DNA from: Isosphaeraceae bacterium
Lineage (GTDB): Bacteria > Planctomycetota > Planctomycetia > Isosphaerales > Isosphaeraceae
Length of the DNA stretch: 28,129 nucleotides
Direction: 5' to 3'
NCBI GenBank assembly: GCA_044351075.1
Contig: JBILGL010000001.1
Span: 1-28,129 of the forward strand
This document shows positions 9,193 through 17,800 of this stretch, in pieces. How positions within the stretch are numbered: position 1 is the first letter of the stretch; every line of letters begins with the position of its first letter. A program made the position numbers and the translations under genes. The notes beneath the pieces were generated by a model. The model saw only the letters and a program-made list of their open reading frames with translations. It did not search any database and was not told the origin of the DNA.

Positions 9193-9981
9193 TCAGGTGC
9201 CGAATTCGGTGCGTCGGCCATTGAGCTGGCCTTTTAGCCGTTCGATGATCGAGCTGTGCATCTGGCTGACGCGCGACTCGGAGAGATCAAGCGTTGCCCC
9301 GATCTCTTTCATCGTCAGTTCTTCGTAGTAATAGAGAATGATAATCAGGCGTTCGTTGCGGTTCAGGCCACGCGTGACCATACGCATCAGGTCTTTACGC
9401 TGAAGGCGGTTGGTCGGGTCTTCGCCCTTTTTGTCTTCGAGAATGTCAATCTCGCGGACATCTTTATAACTGTCAGTCTCATACCACTTCTTGTTCAGGC
9501 TCACCAGCCCGATTGCATTTGATTCGGCTGCAAGCTTCTCGAATTCCTGATGGCTCACACCCAGCTTGTCGGCAATTTCCTCGTTGGTGGCGGGCCGGCC
9601 AAGCTCTACTTCGAGAGCTTTTTTGGCTTCCTCCATTTTGGAATGCTTGCTGCGCACCAGCCGGGGCACCCAGTCCATCGTGCGGAGCTCGTCGAGCATT
9701 GCCCCGCGAATTCGCGGCACGCAATAGGTCTCGAACTTCACGCCACGCCCCAGATCAAAGGCGTCGATCGCGTCCATGAGCCCAAAAACGCCCGACGACA
9801 TCAGGTCGTCAAGCTCCACGCCATCAGGAAGACGCTGCCAAATACGCTCGGCGTTGTATTTCACCAGATGAAGATATCGCTCGACCAGACGATTCCGAAG
9901 CTCTGTGGTCGGGTTCTCCTTGAACTTCGCCCAGACTTCGCTTACGTCCATATCTACTTGGGTTGACATCCAGACCTCCAT
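9193..9981 (-). CDS. fliA: FliA/WhiG-family RNA polymerase sigma factor (sigma-28)
   Basis: DDLMSSGVFGLMDAIDAFD, KFETYCVPRIRGAMLDELRTMDWVPR, region 4 LTMKEIGATLDLSESRVSQMH. The start could also be ATG 9969. Confidence 0.93.
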   Translation of the reverse strand: MEVWMSTQVDMDVSEVWAKFKENPTTELRNRLVERYLHLVKYNAERIWQRLPDGVELDDLMSSGVFGLMDAIDAFDLGRGVKFETYCVPRIRGAMLDELRTMDWVPRLVRSKHSKMEEAKKALEVELGRPATNEEIADKLGVSHQEFEKLAAESNAIGLVSLNKKWYETDSYKDVREIDILEDKKGEDPTNRLQRKDLMRMVTRGLNRNERLIIILYYYEELTMKEIGATLDLSESRVSQMHSSIIERLKGQLNGRRTEFGT

Positions 9982-10327
9982 GTCGTCGCCGAGAGTCGCG
10001 CACTTCCTGTGCTATGCCTTCAAATGTCAAAAACAATCATTTCTGAAAATTCGCCTGTCAGGCTTTTTCAGATCAAACTGCTTGTGTCACCTGAGGAGTG
10101 ACCCCCGATAAGACCAGGAATCACCAGTATCTTTATCGTCATGACTCGATACCGGCCTTGATCATATTCTCGGAAAATTCCGCAAAATCGTTATTTCTTT
10201 ACAATCAGCGGACTGTTGGTTAACGCGGCCCATGTTTAACGGTCAAGTTCGTTCGGAAAGGGAGAATCCGACGCTTTTACGATTAAACCGGGTGATGATT
10301 CAACTGGCGGAAATCGATGGAAATTCG

Positions 10328-11386
10328 TCAGCCGGCACGCCGAGCTTTGGAATTGGTGATTTCCGTTGTATCGATGGTATCTGCCTGTTGAAATTGCCGG
10401 AAAAAGTCAGGCAATTCGGTCGAGGCCGATGTCCACTGCTCAAAATTGCAATGAATTTTTGTCGCCAGGCGTTCGATATCGCGGGCGGCTGTTGAAAGCC
10501 ACCAGCCCGGTGCCTGAACGACGGGGATTCGTGCCTTGATGGCCCGGGGCACGTCAAGATCGTCTCGAACAGAGCCGAGATGACTGACCGATAGCCCCTG
10601 AAACAGCCGCGAAGCCTGAATCAGCCGGTCTGCTGATTCATCGCCCGCCTTGTGTGAGCCCGCTTTATTGACAACTGTCACAATCTTCAGATGGCTGCCC
10701 ACTGCCCTTCGCAGGTGCGAAAGCAGGGCGTGGCTTGCGGCCAGCGAAGCTTGCTCTGGTGTTGTGGTCAATACCATTCCATCGGCCACGACGGCCAGAG
10801 TCTGGGATCGGGCCGTCAGGCCGCTGCCGGCGTCAACGATGATCCAGTCAGCAACCTGGCTGTCTCGCAGCTCAGTTACCACCTGGGCCACCAGCTCGTC
10901 AGTAGCCGGGCCCACCAGCCAGGCTTCGTTCATTCTAGCAGCGTGTGATCCAGCAAGCAGCTTCACGCCTTCTGGGCCTTCGACCAAGGCTTCCCAAGGG
11001 GCGACCCGGCCGGAGAGCACATCTTCCAGATCAACTGTTGGCCGTCGGTCGCAGATGATCTCAAGCTGCCCCAGGCCATAGTCGGCGTCAACCAGCGCCA
11101 CTCGCAAATTCTTTTTCGCAAGTGAAACGGCCAGGTTCAGGGCGAGCGTGCTTGTGCCTACGCCTCCCTTGCCGCTGGCCAGGCAAAGTACCCGTGTCGG
11201 GTGTGGAATGACTGCGTCAGACTCCGGGCAAGTCTCAGCCAGCACTTCCGCATCGTCGGAAGTGTCGGCCTGAATCGTCCAGGCTGAGTTGTTCGCGAGC
11301 TTTTCCGCAGACGAATCAAGCGGCTGAGATTCATCAGCAGCTTTGGCGGCAAATAAGTGTCGAAGCGATTCCGCTTGATCAGACAT
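10328..11386 (-). CDS. flhG: FlhG/FleN-like MinD/ParA-family protein with altered Walker A
   Basis: N-terminal DQAESLR (FlhG DQAxxLR motif), SGKGGVGTST, VDADYGLG, IIVDAGSG, TTPE and VVNKA motifs; lies upstream of fliA as in flhF-flhG-fliA clusters. Start placed at ATG 11386. Confidence 0.8.
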   Translation of the reverse strand: MSDQAESLRHLFAAKAADESQPLDSSAEKLANNSAWTIQADTSDDAEVLAETCPESDAVIPHPTRVLCLASGKGGVGTSTLALNLAVSLAKKNLRVALVDADYGLGQLEIICDRRPTVDLEDVLSGRVAPWEALVEGPEGVKLLAGSHAARMNEAWLVGPATDELVAQVVTELRDSQVADWIIVDAGSGLTARSQTLAVVADGMVLTTTPEQASLAASHALLSHLRRAVGSHLKIVTVVNKAGSHKAGDESADRLIQASRLFQGLSVSHLGSVRDDLDVPRAIKARIPVVQAPGWWLSTAARDIERLATKIHCNFEQWTSASTELPDFFRQFQQADTIDTTEITNSKARRAG

Positions 11387-11760
11387 GGCATCCCTGCCTT
11401 GCGTCATGGGGGGCGAAGAATCGGAATATTGCAATGAAGCAGGGCCCTGAGCCAGATCCATCCGGCATCATTGAAACAGTCTTTCATGGCTGTTTCACCC
11501 GACTTGGGCAGAATCATACCAATTTGACCAATTCTGGCAAGCCGATTTCACCAGATATTTCTCTTCGATCAGGCACTGCCAGAAAAAAGTCTGATTATAA
11601 CGAAAAAATTATGCAACAATGTAGTAAATGGGTAAAATAAGTTGATTAAAGTTTATTTGTCGATTAAAGATTATGAATAGTTATTGCCTGATCAATATGA
11701 TCGTGAGCAATGCGCCACCAACGTGATACAACCTGATTGACACCAGGAGTAGTTTTAACG

Positions 11761-13473
11761 ATGTTTCGGTCTTCGAAATTCTATTTTCTTGCGATTCTTG
11801 CGGGCTTTGCCAGCGACGCAGCTGCTTGTAGCGTCTGTCGCCCGGCAACGCTCAAGTGTGCGCCACGCACAATTGCCGCCCCTTGTGCGACGACCATTCC
11901 ATGCCAGGTTTCGGCCCCAGCCTGTGAAGTGCTGGTTCCCCGCACCGTCACAAAATTTCATAACGTGACAGAAACCATCTGCGAGGAAGTGATTGACACG
12001 CATAACGTTACGAAATATCGTACCGAAACCAAGACCGAAAAGGTTCCAGTGAGCCGCACCGTTTATGACACTGAAGAAGTCAAAACGAATGTAACTCGTT
12101 ATCGCACGGAATATAAGACAGAGACCGTTCCCGTTACCCGTACGGAATATGATTTGGTTCCTGTCAATACCGAAGTCACGCGTTATCGCACGGAGTACAA
12201 AACGGAAACCGTTCCAACCACTCGGGTTGAATACGACAATGTGCCTGTTAAGAGCAACGTGACACGTTATCGCACGGAATATAAGACAGAGACCGTTCCC
12301 ACCACCCGCACTGTTTATGAGCCTGTTCAAAAGACCCGTAACATTCAGGTGCAAGTGCCAGTGACGGAAAACTTTGAAGCTTCTGTCACCAAAACGGTTT
12401 ATGACACCGTCACCAGCAAGCAGAAGCGTTACGAGCCTTACACCGAGACGATCACGGTGAAGGAAAAGGTCATGCAGCCGGAAGTCTTCCAGACGACCCG
12501 CAAAGAGACCCGCACCGTGCATGTGCCAGTACAGAAGATAGTCACCCGTGAAGTCATGCAGTGCCAGGAAGTGATTGAAGATCGTGGCTGCTGGGTGAAT
12601 CAGGCCGTGCAGACAAGCTCTGGCTGCACAAGTGGCTGTGGCGTTTCCGGCAAGTGCGGTGGCTGTGGTGGCCACAAGAAGAGCCTCGGCTGCGGCTCGT
12701 GCGGTCATGTTTGTCAGGGCGTAACTTATGCCTGTCAGCAAGTATGGGTGTCACGTCCGGTTCGCACGTCGGTGCCTGTCAAAGTGCAAGTTCAGGACTG
12801 TGTCACGGAAATGGTCGCCCAGAAGCAGGAAGTTGAAGTTCCAGCCACCGAAACACGCATGGTTCCCAAAGAAGTCGAGAGAACGGAATGCGTAACCAAG
12901 ACTCGTGAAATTGAAGAACCTGTCACGCATCAGGTTGCCCGTTCTGTGGAAGAAAAAGCTCAGGGAACACGGGTTTCATACAAAACCGAATCCCGGGTTG
13001 AAACCTACACAGAGATGGTCGCTCGTCAGATCAACGATACCACCACGCAAACTGTTGCCGTGCAGGTGCCTTATCAGGAAGAAGTGACCAACTACGTGCA
13101 GAAGGCACGCGAAGTGAAAGAACTTGTCTCACGCCAGGTTGCTGTGCAGGTGCCTTACACCGAAACAGTCACTAATCACGTGCAGAAGCCACGCCAAGTA
13201 ACGGAAACGGTTACCCGCAAGGTTCCTTATCAGGTTCCTTACACAGAGACAGTGACATCACACGTTCAGAAGGCCCGTCTGGTAACAGACATGATTGAAC
13301 GGACCGTCTGCACGCAGGTTCCTTACACCGAAACGGTGCAGGTCAAGCGCATGGTACCCAAGACGATCACTAAGCAGGTTCCTTACTGCGAAACCGTCTG
13401 GGAACGTCAGGCCCCAGCCGCTGCCGCTGCACCGGTAGCTGCTCCAGCCGTCGCTCCTTCTGCCCAGAAGTGA
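11761..13473 (+). CDS. Exported Thr/Val/Glu-rich repeat protein with Cys/Gly-rich core (planctomycete YTV-like envelope protein)
   Basis: AGGAG RBS upstream of ATG 11761; signal peptide ending DAAA; VTRYRTEYKTETVP and QVPYTETV repeats; Cys-rich N-terminus and centre; Ala/Pro tail. Confidence 0.85.
   Translation: MFRSSKFYFLAILAGFASDAAACSVCRPATLKCAPRTIAAPCATTIPCQVSAPACEVLVPRTVTKFHNVTETICEEVIDTHNVTKYRTETKTEKVPVSRTVYDTEEVKTNVTRYRTEYKTETVPVTRTEYDLVPVNTEVTRYRTEYKTETVPTTRVEYDNVPVKSNVTRYRTEYKTETVPTTRTVYEPVQKTRNIQVQVPVTENFEASVTKTVYDTVTSKQKRYEPYTETITVKEKVMQPEVFQTTRKETRTVHVPVQKIVTREVMQCQEVIEDRGCWVNQAVQTSSGCTSGCGVSGKCGGCGGHKKSLGCGSCGHVCQGVTYACQQVWVSRPVRTSVPVKVQVQDCVTEMVAQKQEVEVPATETRMVPKEVERTECVTKTREIEEPVTHQVARSVEEKAQGTRVSYKTESRVETYTEMVARQINDTTTQTVAVQVPYQEEVTNYVQKAREVKELVSRQVAVQVPYTETVTNHVQKPRQVTETVTRKVPYQVPYTETVTSHVQKARLVTDMIERTVCTQVPYTETVQVKRMVPKTITKQVPYCETVWERQAPAAAAAPVAAPAVAPSAQK
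12007..12342 (+). repeat. Four tandem 84-bp (28-aa) coding repeats, N-terminal arm
   Basis: VTKYRTETKTEKVPVSRTVYDTEEVKTN / VTRYRTEYKTETVPVTRTEYDLVPVNTE / VTRYRTEYKTETVPTTRVEYDNVPVKSN / VTRYRTEYKTETVPTTRTVYEPVQKTRN. Confidence 0.92.
13042..13377 (+). repeat. Four tandem 84-bp (28-aa) coding repeats, C-terminal arm
   Basis: TTQTVAVQVPYQEEVTNYVQKAREVKEL / VSRQVAVQVPYTETVTNHVQKPRQVTET / VTRKVPYQVPYTETVTSHVQKARLVTDM / IERTVCTQVPYTETVQVKRMVPKTITKQ. Confidence 0.88.
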
Positions 13474-13503
13474 TTTGCAGAACGATTATTGACAACTACG
13501 TCG

Positions 13504-13536
13504 AAAAGGGGCCGCCATTGTGCGGCCTCTTTTTTT
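13504..13536 (+). terminator. Rho-independent terminator after the repeat-protein gene
   Basis: AAAAGGGGCCGC-cattgt-GCGGCCTCTTTTTTT; GC-rich stem followed by 7 T. Confidence 0.85.
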
Positions 13537-13551
13537 GCATCATCCCAAAGG

Positions 13552-13631
13552 TCATTAAAGAACTCTTTAATGAGGAGGCAGTTCATTAAAATTTTTGGCC
13601 ACTTTTTTTAATGAGACTTTTTTGATTAAAA
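13552..13631. promoter_or_regulatory. Array of TCATTAAA(G/A) inverted repeats upstream of the Fic gene (putative operator)
   Basis: TCATTAAAG-aact-CTTTAATGA (13552-13573), TCATTAAAA-N14-TTTTAATGA (13583-13614), plus the half-site TGATTAAAA (13623-13631). Confidence 0.6.
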
Positions 13632-13663
13632 TGAATGTGTGATAAATTCAAAAGTGATCGAGA

Positions 13664-14836
13664 GTGGCCAAGCCATTGCGTATTAAAGACTTCAAGCCAG
13701 AAATGCCGGGCTCGTTTGTATCGCTTGCGAGCGGTGATCAGGCTTTTTTGCCGAATCCATTGCCGCCAGAGTGGGAGTTTCCGACAAGACTCTGGCCGAT
13801 GATCAGTGAAGCCAAACGATTGATTGGTATTTTAGATGGAATTGGCCGGGTGCTGCCTAATCCGGCGATACTTCTTCGGCCCACAGAAGATCGCGAAGCA
13901 ATTCAATCGTCTGCGCTTGAGGGCACTTATGCGACGCCGCGGGAATTGCTGCTTTTTGAGCTTGAACCAGAACAACGAGAAGATGAGCCGGATACAGTTA
14001 ACCGGTTTCGTGAAGTTTATAATTATCGCCTTGCCATTCAGCACGCCGTTGCAAGTCAACTTCCGATTTGTCAAAGACTTATGCGCGAGCTTCACAAGAT
14101 TTTGCTCGAAGGCGTGCGTGGCCAGCATACAGATCCCGGTCATTTTCGCCGGATTCAAGTCGCAATCGGGACAAATAAACGATTCATTCCGCCGCCTCCA
14201 CAAAACTTGCCCAAGTGCCTTGATGAACTTGAAGTCTATATTAATCAGGAATCTTCGTTTGACCCGCTGATCGACTGTTTTCTGGTGCATTATCAATTTG
14301 AAACAATTCATCCTTTTGTTGATGGAAATGGCCGCATCGGCAGGCTGATACTGGCTTTGATGATCCAGCGCAAATGCCACCTGACGAAACCCTGGCTTTA
14401 CCTCAGCGATTACTTCGAACAGCATCGGGATGATTACATACAGGGTCTTTATCAGGTGAGCACGCTGGGAAACTGGGAAAAATGGATTGAATTTTCGCTT
14501 CAGGCTACGATTGAACAAGCCAGATCAACCATCGTTCGTTGTGAAAGCCTGCTGGCTATTCGCGAGCAATTCCGCCAGCGCCTCAATGAAACTGGCGGAC
14601 ATGTAAGGCTACATACAATCATTGATCAAATCTTCATTACACCAATGATTCGAGTGACAGACGCTCAAAGCATTTTACAAGTGACATATCCAACAGCCAA
14701 ATCCGATCTCGAAAAACTTGTGAAAGCGGGAATTTTGCAAAAGCTAAATGATTCACCCGCAATTACTTACTATGCACCTGAAATATTCAAAGTGGCTTAC
14801 GACGACATCTCCAGTAATAACGATAAGGAGATTTAA
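13664..14836 (+). CDS. Fic-family protein (class II: N-terminal inhibitory helix, Fic core, C-terminal HTH-like region)
   Basis: Canonical HPFVDGNGRIGR active-site motif; SSALEG matching the (S/T)xxxE(G/N) inhibitory motif; C-terminal VTYPTAKSDLEKLVKAGIL helix-turn-helix-like segment; GTG start. Confidence 0.92.
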   Translation: MAKPLRIKDFKPEMPGSFVSLASGDQAFLPNPLPPEWEFPTRLWPMISEAKRLIGILDGIGRVLPNPAILLRPTEDREAIQSSALEGTYATPRELLLFELEPEQREDEPDTVNRFREVYNYRLAIQHAVASQLPICQRLMRELHKILLEGVRGQHTDPGHFRRIQVAIGTNKRFIPPPPQNLPKCLDELEVYINQESSFDPLIDCFLVHYQFETIHPFVDGNGRIGRLILALMIQRKCHLTKPWLYLSDYFEQHRDDYIQGLYQVSTLGNWEKWIEFSLQATIEQARSTIVRCESLLAIREQFRQRLNETGGHVRLHTIIDQIFITPMIRVTDAQSILQVTYPTAKSDLEKLVKAGILQKLNDSPAITYYAPEIFKVAYDDISSNNDKEI

Positions 14837-14839
14837 AAA

Positions 14840-17800
14840 TTACCTCGGGCTCAGGCCCCTGAATAATCCCTGGCCAAACCGCCGCGAAATCGGGTTTTGA
14901 TCCAGTGGGCTGCGGGGCGGGGCAACATCATCGCCAAGGGTCCGAAGGGCGTCGAATGTCGAAGGCAGCACATCCAGATGAAATTCAGGGAAAGCCGGCG
15001 TGCCGGAAATGCGGACCTGAAGAAGCTGCCCGGTGGCTTCCTTGATAGCATCCGAAAGCACGGGCAGCTTGAAGCGGTCGCGGCCATAGATCACTTTCAG
15101 GTGGACATCCAGATCGCCTCTGGGCGACATTTCGCCGTCGCCATCAAGGCTGAAGGCATCGCCCTGAAACTTGATCGGGTTAAAGGTCGTCATGCCACGA
15201 TCGATCTGAAAACCGACCTGGGCCGAATCAAATGCCGTTCTGGTTGTGGGTGATAAATTCAGCGCCTTCACAAACCGCAGAAAATCAGGCAGTTCTCCCA
15301 AATCACCCTGCGTAATCTCGGCACTTCCCTGGCCCTTCAGGTTGCGTGCATCGCTGCCGCGACCTTCCAGATCAATCTGGCCGGTCACACGCCCCTTGAT
15401 GTTCTGAGGGCCGGGCACTGTGCGGGCATATTGGGCCAGATCAAGCCCGGTCAGTTTAATCGAGGCCTGATACTGAGGCTCCTGCGCAATCTGCACATTC
15501 ATGCTGCCATTAGCATTCCCGCCCAGAATCACGGCCTGAACGCTGGGCAATTCCACCAGCCCCTTTTCCACATGCACTGGTGCACTGATGTGCTGAATCG
15601 GGAAGCCCTTAAGCATCATGTTTTCAATAGCCAGCACGCCATCGCAGGCAAACTCGCGGCCGTCGTATATGCCCGAGATATTTTCAACCTGCCCCTGCAA
15701 ATTATTCAGCATCCATCCAGCGTCAAACGAGTTGCCATTCAGCACCACTATGCCATTCTGCCAGCGACACCAGGCCGTGTCATCGGCCTTGCCTGACCAG
15801 CCTAATCGCATGTCCGTGCGGAAGGTGATCGCCCGGCCGTCGTCCAGCCGACGGGCAAAATGAGCCATCACCGGCGGCATCTTCTGCCGCAGGCCAGCGT
15901 CAAGCCGAAGCTCTCGTGCCTCGAGTGCCTTTGCCCAGAGGTCAAATTTTCCATCTTTTTCAAGTGTCACCTGTCCCTGTTGCATCGAAACATTTGAATT
16001 TCGAAACAGGAAATGAACGTCGTTCATGGCCACTTTGCCATTGGTCGAAACAAAAGTGCCCTGCACATGATCCAGCGGCAATTCCAGCGGTTTTGGTTGC
16101 TGGTTATCTTCTGAAGGTCTTCGCTGAATCACCAGATTCAGCCGCGTTTCAGCCTCTGGCTTTATGGTAATAATGCGATTATCAATCTGGGCGACCGGGT
16201 CAAGGTCGATCAGCACATCAACATCGGCCGAACCGATCGGATTAATCGTCCTCCAGGTCGTTTTCCACACTTCCGGCAGGCTCAGCCTCAATTGTTCGTC
16301 AAATGGCAATTGATCGGCATGAAGCTCAATGTGTGTGCGCAGCGGTGTCGGGCTGGTCACTGCCGACGCTGCCGGCTGTACCTGATTGCGCTGCTGGGCA
16401 ATTTCATGATGCCTGATTTCGCCATTCTTTTCAGGCAGGCCCTGTGTTCGCCGCCGCGGGAAAGGGGCCTGCGGCGTCTTTCGCGGGCCGATCCGCTCGA
16501 CCCGGCCTCGGCCACTGATCTTCGCCGTACCATTCGAGCCAGAAATATTTTCAAAAACCCAGTAGTCTGGGTGCAATTGCAGCGTTCCCTTCAGGTTGCT
16601 TATAGGATAAGGCATATCGGCCCAGCGGATCGAGCACCTTTCCATCAGTTCAATGGTCGTATGCACTTCCAGCTTGCCAATGGGTGGTTCGCCGGGCTTG
16701 GTCGGCGGCAGTCTGGTGATATGTGCCCTGGCCCTGATTTCACCCGTTGGCTGAAAAGCATCAACCACTCGTCGTGTGTCAGGTGGCAATGCATTGAGTA
16801 AAGTTTCGTCAACTGTCAGATTTTCCGCTTCAAACCGAAGATCGACCTCAGCCCTCGGGCCAGGCTTGCGAATCGTGCCCGTGATGGCTGCCGGGCGATT
16901 ACCCAGCAGCGTGCGCAGGCCACTTTCCAGCGGTGGTTTATCCGGGTTGCCCAGCCGGATCGTATCGCCCGACCAAGTGATCTGCCCCCAGATATGCTCC
17001 AGCGGATAGGGGAAAAATTCGTAGCAAATGGCCACGTCGCGGCAATCGGCATTGAGGCCGAAGCCGATTTCGCCGCCGGGCCGGTTTCGCACCATGCGAA
17101 TGGCCAGATTCAGCTCGCCCCTGGGCAGATATTCCACCCAGAAATTCTGCCACTGTTGTGGCGTCACGCGCTGGAGCCGCTGATCGATCGGCAAGTTTAT
17201 GGCACTCAGCGTAATATCCAGCGGATCAGTGCGCCAGTTGGTCGCACCGCTTCGCCCGGTGGCTCGCAGAATCGTCTTGCCATGATACGCTTCGGCGCGT
17301 TCAATGAGGAGCAGGTCGTCTTTGACGATAAATGTTCCACGAATGTCGTTGAGCGGGAAGGGCAGCTCAGCGCGTTGCAGCCGCCCGCGGAGCATGTCGG
17401 CCCTGACGCGGTAATTGGCTGGACGAATGCCGCCTTTGGCGATTTGCAGCGTGGCTGATTCCAGATAAAGGTTGCAATTGGCGTCGTCAATGCCGAGCTT
17501 TTCCCAATCATTTACCAATTCTGGCTTTAAGTCGCTGATGAGCCGCTGGCTGACCTCAAGCCCGATTACCGACCCGCCCAGCTCAACCAATCCGGTCTCA
17601 AGATTAATCGTCCCCTGAATTTGCAGACGTTCGGCCCAGGTGCCCTGAGCACTGCCATTGAATTTCAGGATCTGGCTATCTTTAGTCGATTCAATCGTCA
17701 GCTCTACATCACGCAAAACGGCAGGCGATGTCTGCTCTTTTGTCTCTTTTGAATTTTGGATGGCTGTGTGCTGGATGAGCTCAAGTGTACCGCGAGTGAC

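Noticed and set aside
10104-10161. Sigma-28-like -10 boxes upstream of fliA (GACGATAA on minus at 10133-10140; CCCGATAA on plus at 10104-10111)
   Set aside because: No TAAA-type -35 element at the canonical 15-bp spacing (TCAAG lies 2 bp too far away).
10232-10557. Short ORFs between flhG and fliA (10232-10495 +, 10300-10557 -)
   Set aside because: They overlap the flhG 3' end and show no similarity to FlgM or any other recognisable family.
11755-12741. 328-aa antisense ORF opposite the repeat protein
   Set aside because: Shadow frame caused by repetitive, biased codons on the + strand; no recognisable motifs; the + strand gene has an RBS, signal peptide and terminator.
12007-13377. Regularly spaced DNA repeats as a possible CRISPR array
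   Set aside because: The 84-bp period is in-frame coding repeat with synonymous variation; there are no unique spacers, leader or cas genes.
13832-14518. 228-aa antisense ORF inside the Fic gene
   Set aside because: Fully overlaps a gene with a canonical Fic motif and has no motif of its own.
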